Positions 53,089 to 64,000 of a DNA stretch of 64,000 nucleotides are shown here, piece after piece; position 1 is the first letter of the stretch; each line of letters opens with the position of its first letter. The stretch spans positions 868,001 through 932,000 of the forward strand of contig JADEYG010000004.1 of assembly GCA_016906335.1 (NCBI GenBank). Reading direction: 5' to 3'. The notes beneath the pieces are model-generated. The model was not told the DNA's origin. It ran no database searches and was given only the letters and a program-made list of their open reading frames with translations. A program made the translations under genes and the position numbers. Source of the DNA: Novakomyces olei (Eukaryota).

Positions 53089-53741
53089 TTGATTTTCACC
53101 CAGTGAAAAAACGAATGAACTGTATGGCGATCAATAGAGCAGCAAGACGGCGTATCCTGAAATGGAAAAAATGATTAAATGCTACGTCAGCCACTAGCGT
53201 AGTCTTTCCTTACAACATGAAAAGTGCAGATGTAATAAAGGCACCTGCAATGATAAGCATCCATTTCTATACATTTCATTGGATAATAGATAATACGGAA
53301 TCTGAAAAAGGACCTACCGCAGGGTTTGCAGAAGCAAAATTATTGCCACTCACATTGCCAAAGTACCTTGGTGGAAGATCAAATTGTCTTCCAATCACCA
53401 GCAATTCTAATATAATAGCTTGATTAAAGTACTAAATTATTAATAAAGGGTTTGCTCTGTCATCAAAATGTTGAAAATCGTCTCGTTCACTTTTAATTTT
53501 CGTATTAGTAATTTGGGAAATCAGCTGTACGAAATTCCGCGTTGCAGCTTCGCAATGTAGAAAGCAGCCCTACATATATTCAAAGATATGCGTATAGTTA
53601 ATTAACCGTTTTATACTAGTTTAGCCTATTTTATACTATTTTGTACTATTTCATACTAATTTATACTATTTTACACTTCTATACTATTTTACACTTTATA
53701 TTTATTTATTTATTTATTTATTTATTTATGTAGTAAGAGCT

Positions 53742-55550
53742 CTATCGGTCAACCTCGCCGAATACAAGATCCATGGTACCAATAATGGCTACAACATCCG
53801 GAAGGTAGGCATTACGTGCGACCATATCGAATCCACCCAAATGTGCAAAACCCGGTGCTCGAATCTTGCAACGGTAGGGCCGTTCAGAGCCATCCGAGAC
53901 CAAATACACGCCCATTTCGCCCTTGGGTGCTTCAATTGCACTGTAAGTCTCACCCGGTGGTACGGGATATCCCTTGGTAAAGAGCAAAAAGTGGTGGATC
54001 AATGCCTCCATGTCCTCCTTCATACTGGATCGTGGTGGGGGAGAGATCTTCCAGTCCTCCACTTTGGTCGGTCCCTCTGGCATTTTGTTCAGACACTGAT
54101 GAATGATGCGCAAAGATTGGCGGAACTCTTCCATACGGCAGAGGTACCGATCATAACAATCACCCTTTTGACCAACAGGAACATCAAACTCGATCTGGTC
54201 ATATGCATCATAAGGCTGAGACTTGCGTATATCCCAAGGAATACCGGAACCGCGGAGCATAACACCGGTAAAACTTTGATTCATAGCATCAGCGGCCGAT
54301 ACGACTCCGACATCTTGAGTACGCAGTTTCCAGATACGATTATCTGTCAACATTTCCTCTGTCTCATCTATACGATCACCAAACTGGGTAGCCCATTGAT
54401 AAATGTCTTCGAGCAACCCGTGCGGAATATCCTGCGCGACACCTCCAGGCCTGACGTAAGCAGAGTGCAGTCGTGCTCCGGAAACACGTTCATAAAACTC
54501 CATGAGCTTTTCACGCTCTTCAAAGCCCCACAAGAAAGGCGTCAGGGCACCAACGTCCATGGCGTGTGAAAGCACGGCCATAAGATGGTTGAGAATACGT
54601 GTAATCTCACCAAACATAGTTCGGATATATTTTGCTCTCACTGGAATATCCACGTTCAATAGCTTTTCTACTGCCAGAGAGAAACATTGCTCATTCGTCA
54701 TCATGGACACGTAGTCCAGGCGATCAAAGTAGGGTAATGCTTGAAGATAGCTAAATGGTTAGCAAATGATTAAACAAGCGAAAGAAAAGCAGTGTGGGAT
54801 TTTTATTTAATTTTTATTATATCGGTAATGAAGAATCGATCAAAAGTTTGATTCATGAAAAAGAGTGCCCAAATCTTGACAGAATGGTCCAAGAATAACC
54901 CGATATACAGCATACAGGCTACATCCTGCTAGAATGTTGAACCAAATGTCGTATGACATGAAGTAAGAAAACACAAACAATGCAGCAAAGCAACTTACGT
55001 CTTGTATTCAATCAATTTTTCTGTACCACGGTGCAATAAGCCAATATGCGGATCCGCACGCAATACCTCTTCACCATTCAGCTCCAAAATAAGACGCAGC
55101 ACTCCGTGCGCTGCCGGATGCTGCGGACCAAAATTGACGGTAAATGCTCGGAGTTTGGGGTCAATAAGACTCGGTGGATCTTTGATTAGTCAACACTGAA
55201 AACAAAAAAAAAAATACACAATTCAAAAGTAATTGCAACAAAATAAAAACATATATATTTGAAAACGTATATGTAGAAAAAGATTCTTGATTTATCAAAT
55301 CTTTCATACTCATCAAAAGGCCCTCTTCTGTAGGCTTATCCGGCTCGAGCCCCAATGCCTGGCGCTGGTAAGGCGTAGTCCTCGGTGCGTCAGGGTTAAT
55401 ATCGTCCTCCGTGAGACGGACCCCAAAGGCCTCATTACGATCTGGTTCCAACACGTGCCGAGTGTGAGTGAGTGTTCTAGCATGGAACGGTAATGCTCTG
55501 CCGCATGAATGCCGGTGACGCACTGTTGTGCGGGCAATTCGGCCCAACAT
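53742..55550 (-). CDS. Complex I 49 kDa subunit (NDUFS2/NUCM)
   Basis: [40 protein letters not shown] and DLVFGEVDR motifs. Confidence 0.97.
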
Positions 55551-56237
55551 GTTCCAAAGATGGATTTATTTGACAAACCCTTTTTCTGAAAGTGAATCAA
55601 ATATCCTCCGTGGGACACCCACCTGCGCGACAGCAGCTGCTCGTACTGTTTATCCTACTGCGAGGATCGTGCGTTCCGAGTGATGCTTTATTTTATGGCT
55701 TTATGCGCCGATTCTTACTGGCCGCGCCCGTAGAAAACCCTAATCACTTGTGCCTGTAGAATATAGATTGTGTCCCTCTGTGTATTGAGCTTTATTTTGT
55801 CTTTTTTCAATTTATTACTTAAATTCATATTAGCGGTAAACCCTAGAAACGTTAAACCCTTGAAGTAATTCTAGATATAAATTCAGAATGAGTATAAACC
55901 CTAAAGACGCGTGCAAATGCTTCCAATACGCGTTCCAATAGGGCTATTTGCAGGACTGGATCAAAATCGGATGCTCTATATCGGATCTACATTAATCAAT
56001 TTTGTCAATTTTATGCAATCTAATTACCAAGGCGCTGCTCACTAAAAGTGTAGAGTTTGGGCCCAGAGCTAATATAAATTTCGTGACATTCACGATAAAC
56101 CATACGGATAGAAATGCAAGATACAGTAGCGCCTATAATCCGTACAGGACACTTTTGATGCAATATGAAAACACAGACACAAACGGAAAAGGGAGATTAT
56201 AAGACATAAAAATGAAAATAAAAAGACAGAAAATTGC

Positions 56238-58360
56238 TCATGTTGATCGCGACGACGTGCCAGACGTAGACCGCGATATTTTCAAGCGGAACAAGCGCTT
56301 CGCGCCACCAAAACGCGACGTGTCCGCGGGAGACGATGGCGAGGATGTTACATTATCTTGCCGGCTGGGATCAGGATCATCATATTTTGCCTTGTGTATC
56401 CACGTGTTACCCGGCGTATATAAGCCTTGGGCCTCAGCTTGCCTGTAGTACCGTGCTGCTTTGCGTAAATCTTTCTTTGCACCAGTTCCTTGCACGTAGC
56501 AGTTGCCGCATTCGCTAAACGTTAGAATGTGAAGCAGAATTTGTAACGTAAATGTTGCACGAGTGACACAAAGATGTTGTAGACGAAAAAAAAAAAAAAA
56601 GAAAAACAATAAACAGGCCAAGAAGGAATCAGAAATCAAACGAATTAAATATTAAATGAGCCAACCAAACGATGGCGGTAATTTATTGAAAAGACCTACT
56701 TTTGCGCGTCTGCATCCCCCCAACAGGCACTTATTTCAAAGCAGCGCAGCCCCATAACTTTATCCTTTTCCGTGCCCCAGCCCTTCATGTAGCAGACACC
56801 CAGTTCAAAAATAGCAAGACCAATCTGGGCGCGTATCTGTTTCACCAGGGGATCATGGGTATCAGCAAAAGAATCTCCTCTTGCTAGAGCAAGCATCTCT
56901 GTTGCCCTGTCTGCAGCCCTCTGCAACCAAACGACCGATTCCTTTTGATTACTAGCACAGCCCCAGCCATGCCTGAGGGCGAGAGCATAGAGCAGTTGAC
57001 CAGTAGCGTTCCCCCGCTCTGCTGCCACTTGCAAATGGTGAAAAGACTGGGCTAATTGGCCTTGCTGGTGCAGTTCGATGCCCCGGCTTACATGGTCTTC
57101 GTCGTTCAGTTCATTGTCCGTTTGCCGATGAGGATGGATCAGACGATGAGACGGTTTCCTGTCTCCGAGCCTTGGGGGAGAGTTGAAGGCGACTAGTCTT
57201 GGTACATTCGGGTCTTCGCTTGTTGTGAGCGACGGCGTAGCGGTGCGTACTATAGACGGCTGCTGGTGCTGATACTTGCCAGACGCTATTTGCAGTTTTA
57301 TATCGTTCAAGAGTAGAGTACTTGCCCTCCGAACGTCCCCTCTTCCCACGGAGGGCTCTGTTGCTGTAGGCAAAAGATGACTAGAGTATAGGGCAGCAGC
57401 AGCAGTAGCATTTCCAGCATTTCCAGCATTTCCAGAATGTAAATGGCCACTAGTAGGCGACTGTGCGGGACTTGCGGCACTCAGCGTCGGGCTAGTAGCG
57501 GCAAAAGTCGGCTGCCAGTCCTGTACCGGAGTACTGGGCCCGCTCGGGTTCATTTGGTGGCGCATGGGCCGTGAAAAGTTTACACTTACCCTCGTCATTA
57601 TCGAGTCTGGCTGAGACGTGTACGACTGTGCCGAAGTAGGGCGCGCAAGATAGTGAGTTCCGTGTGGCGGAGACGCCACCTGCGGAGTAGAAGAAGAAGC
57701 AGCAGAAGAAGAAGAAGCAAAAGCAGAAGAAACAGCATTATTTGCAGACGGCGACCACGGGTTTTGCGTATCAATTGCCGCTGTCGGAGTCTCTGGCGAG
57801 TCTCCACCTTCAGACGTATCATCAGAGACGTCCTCGTTCAAGCTGCTTGTGCGGTCGCGCTCAGCCATTAGCGAGACGGGCACTGAAGCCCGGCTGTCGC
57901 TGTGGTAGTGTGCAGTCACAGCGTGCGCTGCCGCTGCCGTGTTTTGCCAGTACCTACTGGCCTCACTGCCTCGAGTCCCGAAACGGCTGCCACTTCCACT
58001 TCCACTGCCACTGCCGTCTTCGCTCAGCGTAGACGTGGTAATACTCGTGCGCATACTCGCTCCATCATCGTCGTCGGCACTCTGGAACCTGTTGGAGAAA
58101 AGCGATGTTGGTGCCAGTCGGCTTTTGCCGTCGTCCCGTTCAGCGGCAGTAACAGTAGCAGTAACTGTGCCAGATTTGCCAGTAGCAGTGGCAGATTTGC
58201 CAGTGCCCTGAAAGTCAATGCCGTAGGCTGCTCCATTAGCTCTGCCCTCCTGTCTTTCAAGCGTCTCTGTCTCGGCAGTAGCGCCCTGCCGTGCTCTCAG
58301 TTTGCGTCCCTGTGAGGCTACTGCGTCCAGAGGACTGAGACCTCGGAATCTGTCGTGCAT
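56238..58360 (-). CDS. Sel1-like repeat protein of the Nif1/Dsf2 type
   Basis: Disordered N-terminus, then DHVSRGIELH, LLYALALRHGWGC, FELGVCYMKGWG, WGDADA and GNTWIHKAKY. Confidence 0.82.
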
Positions 58361-59231
58361 TATGCGGGACAGGTACCACCTCTGTAACGGGATACGCTGC
58401 TTTTTTGTCCTCTCTTGCCTTTGCCCTCTTGTCCTTTTCTTCTTTTTTGCTCGCTTGCTCTCTTCTCTTGCTCTCTCTCTCTTACTCTCTCTCTTACTCT
58501 CTTGCTCCTATTACACTCTTCCTCTCTTTCTATGGCGGGCAAGAGCCAAACTTTATTGGCTGCCGCCTGCTGGCTTCTTTCTCGTGGCTCCTGTTTCTCG
58601 TGTCTCTTTTTTTAATAGCTCTTTTTCTAATGGCTGTTTTATTGATCTGCGCGTAACGCGTTACCAGGCGTAGTACATGTGTACCCCATAAATATACAGT
58701 CTGCCCGCCTTTTCCCAAGCGTTTAGTGTGCGCTACCGTGCGATTACATGGTACATATCCAAAGTACTGTTTATTAGTGTAAGGGCAGTAACCACTTGTG
58801 CCCTGCTTACTTGCACAGAAGCCCGTAACTAAGCGACGTTACCAAGTAATGTATATATATAAATATATATATAATATATATAAATGTATATTGCTATACT
58901 GAGGCCTTGATCCTTTTTTCTATTATTTTTCTGTCATTTTTCTATCCTTTTTTCTTTACCAGCTTTATTTACTTTTCATCATTTTTTTGGATTAATCCAA
59001 TTTGGCTGTCTACTAGTTTAACGATTCCCAGTCACGTGGAGTGAGGGACAAGCAACAAAGGTACCAGAGAATCAGAATGCGTATACTACAGATTTGTATT
59101 CCAGTCACCCGGGCCGTCGTCTCACACTATTGCTTAAAGACGCACTGCTTAAATCGACTTTTAACCTGTTTTGCAACAGCCAAGGCCATGAATTATGATC
59201 GACTAATCAGTATGCTTCTACACACAGGAGT

Positions 59232-60377
59232 CTAATCAAACAGGCCAAAGCCCATATCCTCGTCAGACTCCTCCTCTGGCTCAGCCGCCTTGGCCTCTTC
59301 GGCAGCGGGAGCATCAGATGAGGCAGCTGCAGCTGATGGTGCAGCGGCAGCCGCAAACGCGGACGGGTCAGCCAGATACGCTTTCGCCTAGTTTCAACGT
59401 TAGCAAAGGAACAAGATACATGTGGCAAAGACGGCGCCAACCCGCCAAAAGCTCAGTAAAAAATTAGAGTATATTTTGATCTTCACTGTTACAATCCGTA
59501 TTTTCAGTGTATTTAGCATCACAGCCCTGGGTGGCGGCCACAAAGCAGGCGGTAAAAAGAGAAAAATAAAATAGAACGCAAGACTTACCTGCTCAGCATA
59601 TGACACGGTATAATCCGTAACGAGGGAAACGCCAATAGCCTTCTTGAAGTAGTTGATAAAAGTGTGCGGCACAGACACAAGAGTTGGGTAGTCGACGGCA
59701 AGCGAAATGCTGGCGATAGCACGAGAAGCAGCCAAAAAGTGTCCCAAAAGCTCATCCTCAGTGATGTCCAGAACGTCAGGACCGAATACATTGCCGCTAT
59801 CATAAATGGTCTCGACCTTGAGACCATACGTGAAGGGCGAGATGTTAAGCATATTCAGCAGGGTCGCTTCAGAAGCACCGACACGGTTGTCCTTGTGGAC
59901 GAGATGGACATCGCTCACAATTTCAATGGTACCACGGGTAATCTTGGTGGGGACTTGCAGAGCCTGGAAGAAAGAGGTCTTTCCAGGTTCCATACCAGTA
60001 TTACCAGCAGGGATGAATACATCAATGGGAGCAATGGCTCCAGCCTTGGCCGGGGCAGCTACGACATTGCTAATAATTCTGTCACGGATGGACTTGAGAT
60101 CACCGTGAGTGAAAACGAAACCAACGTTTCCACGGACCAACGGTAAAAGGCGCTCCAGCTCCGGGATCTGGCTGATATAGTCCCGAATAGCACGACGGAT
60201 CATTGTGTTTTTACCGAGCAGGACGACGGCTTCACCGCGCAGATCCTTACGGACAGTGTGCATTTGCTGCGAGGAAACATTGTCGACGTTAACAATGAAC
60301 AGCGACGTGAACTCTGAAAAGAGTGCATGAAGCTTGTCAAAGTAAGCCTGTTTCTCGCTCTGCTTTGCGCCTCCCAT
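59232..60377 (-). CDS. RPP0: 60S acidic ribosomal protein P0 (uL10)
   Basis: [26 protein letters not shown] and [13 protein letters not shown]. Intron 59388-59588. Confidence 0.98.
59448..59527 (-). ncRNA. Intronic box C/D snoRNA in the RPP0 intron (double guide)
   Basis: Minus strand: C GTGATGC (59522-16), D' CGGA (59498-95), C' GTGAAGA (59486-80), D CTGA (59456-53), with complementary flanks. Both guides match recalled rRNA segments. Confidence 0.8.
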
Positions 60378-60594
60378 GACTTGATCTTTCGCAAGTAAGG
60401 ACTTTAAAGGCGGTAAAGTTCTGATTGCTGCTCTGTACGGCTCTGTTTGTTGTGTATATGGTTTGCGTGACTGCTCTAGGGTTTACTCCTCATAATAATA
60501 CGATATAATAGTAGTACTTGAAATATTTAGCATTATAACGTAGATTACATTAGGGATGGCAATTATTCAGTACTGAAGTATTGAAGGACCAATT

Positions 60595-60730
60595 ATTATT
60601 ATTATTATTATTATATTTTATTATATTTTATTATATTTTATTTTATTTTATTTTATTTTATTTTATTTTATTTTATTTTATTTTATTTTATTTTATTTTA
60701 TTTTATTTTATTTTATTTTATTTTATTTTT
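60595..60730. repeat. (ATT)n/(TTTTA)n tract in the RPP0/MRPL7 divergent promoter
   Basis: Directly visible. Confidence 0.95.
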
Positions 60731-60872
60731 TGCTTAATATTGTCAATAGAATAATAAAGCCAAATATTCAATACTATACGTATTTCTAAAATTCAGCATT
60801 AAATGCGAAAAATATCAAAATATTTGGTCAACGAGTCAAGACTTTTCTGCTCCAATCGAAGATTAGCAGCTC

Positions 60873-61757
60873 ATGCAGCGAGCGTGGCGGACTTTGCAGT
60901 GCACGAGCGCTTGCAGCAGACAGTCGCTCACGCCACAAGCTCGCAATGTAACAATGAAACAAAAACTGGGCAGCCATGCTCCAGTCCCCATATACGATAT
61001 GCGACACCCCGAATGGCGGCCAGGCCCATTGTTTCCCGACCGGCTGCGGGACTATATAGAAGAACAAGTTCGGCCGGATATGCTTTTAATGACGTTTAAG
61101 CACGAGGATCCAGGTGAGCCGAAGCCATTGACGTTCCGGCCCTGGGACAATTCTGAGCCTTGGTCTCGCGGGATGCCTAATCGGCCTCCGCCGGGAGGAA
61201 GGCCAGTGCAGCCGGCTCGCAAGATACGTAACGCTACAAACATACCAGAATTAGAGAGTGTTGTGGTACAGTCGTTCTCCAAACAAAGCCTGGAAAACAA
61301 GAAACATTTACTAACGTTACGGGCAACGCTGCTAATGATGACGGGCAAAAACCCGGAAATATTAAGGGCGAAAAGTAACGTGGCCCGGTGGAAGCTGCGT
61401 GAGGGAGTCGCGTGTGGAGCTAAAGTCGAGCTTGTCGGAGAATCAATGTACCAGTTTCTCGCAACCCTGTCAGAGCTAGTCTTACCTCGCATCAAGGACT
61501 TTGGTGGGTTGCATCCTTGGTCGGTAGATTCTATGGGGAATGTGAGCCTGGGTCTCTCCCCTCAGGCCGTGGCACTTTTCCCTGAAGTAGAGTCAATGTA
61601 TGACCAACTGCCTTCGCGGGTAGAGGGGCTGAACATTACCGTGCGGACCACCGCCCGGACGGCGGAGGAAGGTAAACTTCTTGTGAGCAGTATTTTCCCC
61701 TACTCCAAAGAGGCGCGACCACGCAAGGCAAAGCGACGGCAATTGAGTATGGCTTAA
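60873..61757 (+). CDS. MRPL7: Mitochondrial large ribosomal protein uL5m
   Basis: NIPELESVVV, WKLREG..CGAKVEL.G..MYQFL..L.ELVLPRIKDF and FPEVE motifs. Confidence 0.92.
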   Translation: MQRAWRTLQCTSACSRQSLTPQARNVTMKQKLGSHAPVPIYDMRHPEWRPGPLFPDRLRDYIEEQVRPDMLLMTFKHEDPGEPKPLTFRPWDNSEPWSRGMPNRPPPGGRPVQPARKIRNATNIPELESVVVQSFSKQSLENKKHLLTLRATLLMMTGKNPEILRAKSNVARWKLREGVACGAKVELVGESMYQFLATLSELVLPRIKDFGGLHPWSVDSMGNVSLGLSPQAVALFPEVESMYDQLPSRVEGLNITVRTTARTAEEGKLLVSSIFPYSKEARPRKAKRRQLSMA

Positions 61758-61957
61758 TCTTTAGCCATGAGACTGTGTGGAATTGACTGCGCTAAACGTG
61801 CCTTTACTATTAGTTGACACGGTTTATACTGCTAATAGCATGTACACTTTGAAGACTCAATCGCCATTTTGCAAAGAGTAGTACTCCAAACTAATAACTA
61901 GTCAAATATTTTTTTAGTTTAAGCAACTCTTTCAATAAAAATAATGCTCATTTAAAA

Positions 61958-62200
61958 CAAATGTTGAAAAATAGAACAGTGCTGAAGATGAGCATCCCTA
62001 GAGTATTGAGGTCTAGTGCACTGTGCAAATCTTTTTCAGTTGAAACAAATCTTTTTCAAGTAAAACAACACTTTCAATTGAAACAACTCTAATTTAAAAC
62101 GACTCTCATTTAAAAACAACTCTCTTTTAAATCAAATATTGAAAAATAAGGTCAGTGCTAAGATGAACATCCCTAGAGTATTGAGGTCGAGTGCACTGTG
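61958..62200. repeat. Two ~68-bp direct repeats (61958-62025, 62133-62200) separated by degenerate ~19-bp units
   Basis: Both copies share CATCCCTAGAGTATTGAGGTC.AGTGCACTGTG. Confidence 0.9.
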
Positions 62201-62446
62201 ACCCACAGCACCTTTGCACTATTATCATGTTTTACATTCGAGTCCGACGATCGGGCGTCCGTACAAAATTCATTACAAATTACGACGTACACTATATGAC
62301 ATGATGGCAAACAAAAAGGGGTAACCCGCTAGTCAAATGTATTGTTCAAGGCATCTCCATAAAAAATCTAGACAAAATCTAGACAAAATCTAGACAAATC
62401 TATTCAAAATCTATTCAAAATCTTTGAAATCTTTGAAATCTAAAAT

Positions 62447-63490
62447 CTAAATTTGAGGGTTCTCCTTCCACGGTACCCCAGCGTCACCGACCTTTTGTGT
62501 GTTTGCATCCTTGACGGTTGCGGCTACTTCGTCCTCCTCTTCAGCAAGCAGCCTCTCCGCTTCCAAGGCAGCCATGCACCCAGTCCCCGCGGACGTGATA
62601 GCCTGGCGGTACCTCTTATCCTGGACATCGCCAGCGGCAAAGAACCCCTTGACTGTGGTAGAAGCAGTTCCCGGGATCGTCTTTATATACCCATCTTCAT
62701 CACACTCGACGGCAGTGCCGCGCAGCAAGGAGGTAGCTGGCTCGTGCCCGATAGCATAAAACAGGCCGTTTACTGCCAAATCGTGGACCTCTCCAGTCTT
62801 GACGTTCTTGACAGCGAGAGCGTTGAGCAGGTTCCCATCGCCCTTGCACTCTGTGGCCACACTGTTCCACAGCACTTGGACCTTTGGATGAGAGAGCAGA
62901 CGCTTTGCCATAATACTGCTCGCTCGTAACTGGTCCCGGCGCACCAGGACAAAGACCTTTGAGCCATACTTTGTCAGGAAAAGTGCCTCCTCAGCAGCAG
63001 AATCGCCTCCGCCAATCACAGCGAGAGGCTTATTGCGAAAGATGGGGACAGCCCCATCGCACACGGCACAGGCACTGATCCCGCTCTGCCAGTAAGTCTC
63101 TTCGCCCGGCAAAAACAGTCTCTTTGCCGTAGCGCCGGTGGCGTAGACAATAGCGTCTGCCGTGTGAGGCTCCTCCTCCTCTTCGCCCTCGAGCCAATAG
63201 CGGAAAGGCCGTCGGGACAGGTCTAAACGGGTGACAGTCTCGCTCACGATCTTTGTCCCAAACCGCTCACTCTGAGCGCGCATATTGTCCATCAGATCTC
63301 CGCCCATTATCCCGGCGGGGAACCCGGGAAAGTTTTCCACTTCTGTAGTCGTAGTAAGCTGGCCGCCCGCGGCTAAGCCGTTCGCCATCATTCCCTCATA
63401 CAAAACCGGCTGCAGCTCTGCCCGCGCGAGGTAAATGGCGGCAGTGTGGCCGCCGGGACCGGAGCCGATCACGACGACTTTGGAGTGCAT
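62447..63490 (-). CDS. TRR1: Thioredoxin reductase (low-MW type), from the first ATG
   Basis: [35 protein letters not shown] and [16 protein letters not shown] motifs. Confidence 0.97.
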   Translation of the reverse strand: MHSKVVVIGSGPGGHTAAIYLARAELQPVLYEGMMANGLAAGGQLTTTTEVENFPGFPAGIMGGDLMDNMRAQSERFGTKIVSETVTRLDLSRRPFRYWLEGEEEEEPHTADAIVYATGATAKRLFLPGEETYWQSGISACAVCDGAVPIFRNKPLAVIGGGDSAAEEALFLTKYGSKVFVLVRRDQLRASSIMAKRLLSHPKVQVLWNSVATECKGDGNLLNALAVKNVKTGEVHDLAVNGLFYAIGHEPATSLLRGTAVECDEDGYIKTIPGTASTTVKGFFAAGDVQDKRYRQAITSAGTGCMAALEAERLLAEEEDEVAATVKDANTQKVGDAGVPWKENPQI

Positions 63491-64000
63491 TTGCCGGGCC
63501 GCAATTGGTGGCAGACGCGGAGCAGAATAGGAATAGAGAGTCGCTAACGGCCCACAACGGACGGGACACGATCGGGAAAAGATGTGCCGTGCAAGCAGAG
63601 TTTGCTGAAGATACAACTTACTCGGAATTTTAAAGGCGGAAAAACGGAGCAATTGGCCTCGCGTACTCACACCTTTGTTAGTTTTGTTTGGGCTGTTATG
63701 GTCTGTTTGGCGAGTCTTGCCTGCTTTATATACCGAGCAAGCACTCTATTACAAATTCAGAGGCCGAGATTCTTCGATTATAAAGCGTATTATTATTATT
63801 ACGTGAGTACTGGGGAAATGGGAGAAGTTCGGAAAGAAATTTGTTTGAAAAAGAATGGGAAAAGGAAAGCTGCAGTATCATTTTGAGTGTTGTGTATTGA
63901 GTGTTGTACTGAGTAGTATTGTAATAAACCCTAACAAACCCTATTAATAATAGTATGGTCTAGATGGCTACGGTGTAATCCTGCGCGTCTATATCGCGTA

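Noticed and set aside
53841-54569. 242-aa ORF antisense to NDUFS2, and similar ORFs opposite RPP0 and TRR1
   Set aside because: Expected shadow ORFs of conserved, codon-biased genes.
54752-54998. Possible snoRNAs in the long NDUFS2 and ALG6 introns
   Set aside because: Some stems are present (TATATCGG/CCGATATA), but I found no coherent C/D or H/ACA box set or rRNA guide.
59840-59870. Alternative CUG code (Ser or Ala)
   Set aside because: CTG CTG encodes the conserved LL of RPP0 ATLLNML, consistent with the standard code.
62026-62125. CRISPR-like GTTGAAAC/ATTGAAAC repeat ends
   Set aside because: The units are degenerate and adjacent with no unique spacers, there are no cas genes, and the context is eukaryotic.

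Overview
Gene-dense (about 37 protein genes in 64 kb), intron-rich eukaryotic nuclear DNA from an ascomycete fungus, probably an early-diverging yeast-like lineage. It has ECM14, complex I subunits, neurochondrin and an S1/P1 nuclease, and CTG encodes conserved Leu positions. Most genes are housekeeping: ER translocation and glycosylation (ALG8, ALG6, SPC2, SPC3, SSS1, L-type lectin), mitochondrial functions, RNA processing, RPP0 and TRR1. I traced exon structures by hand, so CDS coordinates span introns. No tRNA, rRNA, CRISPR array or transposon was recognised. The most interesting signals are: (1) a double-guide box C/D snoRNA in the RPP0 intron, with one guide for a known 25S site and one for an 18S site I do not know as methylated in S. 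cerevisiae; (2) an AUG-less, mitochondrial-presequence-like extension of TRR1; (3) TTAGGG-like boxes concentrated in promoters; (4) relaxed splice signals, with about a quarter of introns ending in AAG, 33-38 nt introns, CTTAC branch points and a GC-AG intron; (5) a degenerate retropepsin-like domain in a 950-aa disordered protein; (6) a possibly horizontally acquired SDR with Yap1-type sites.
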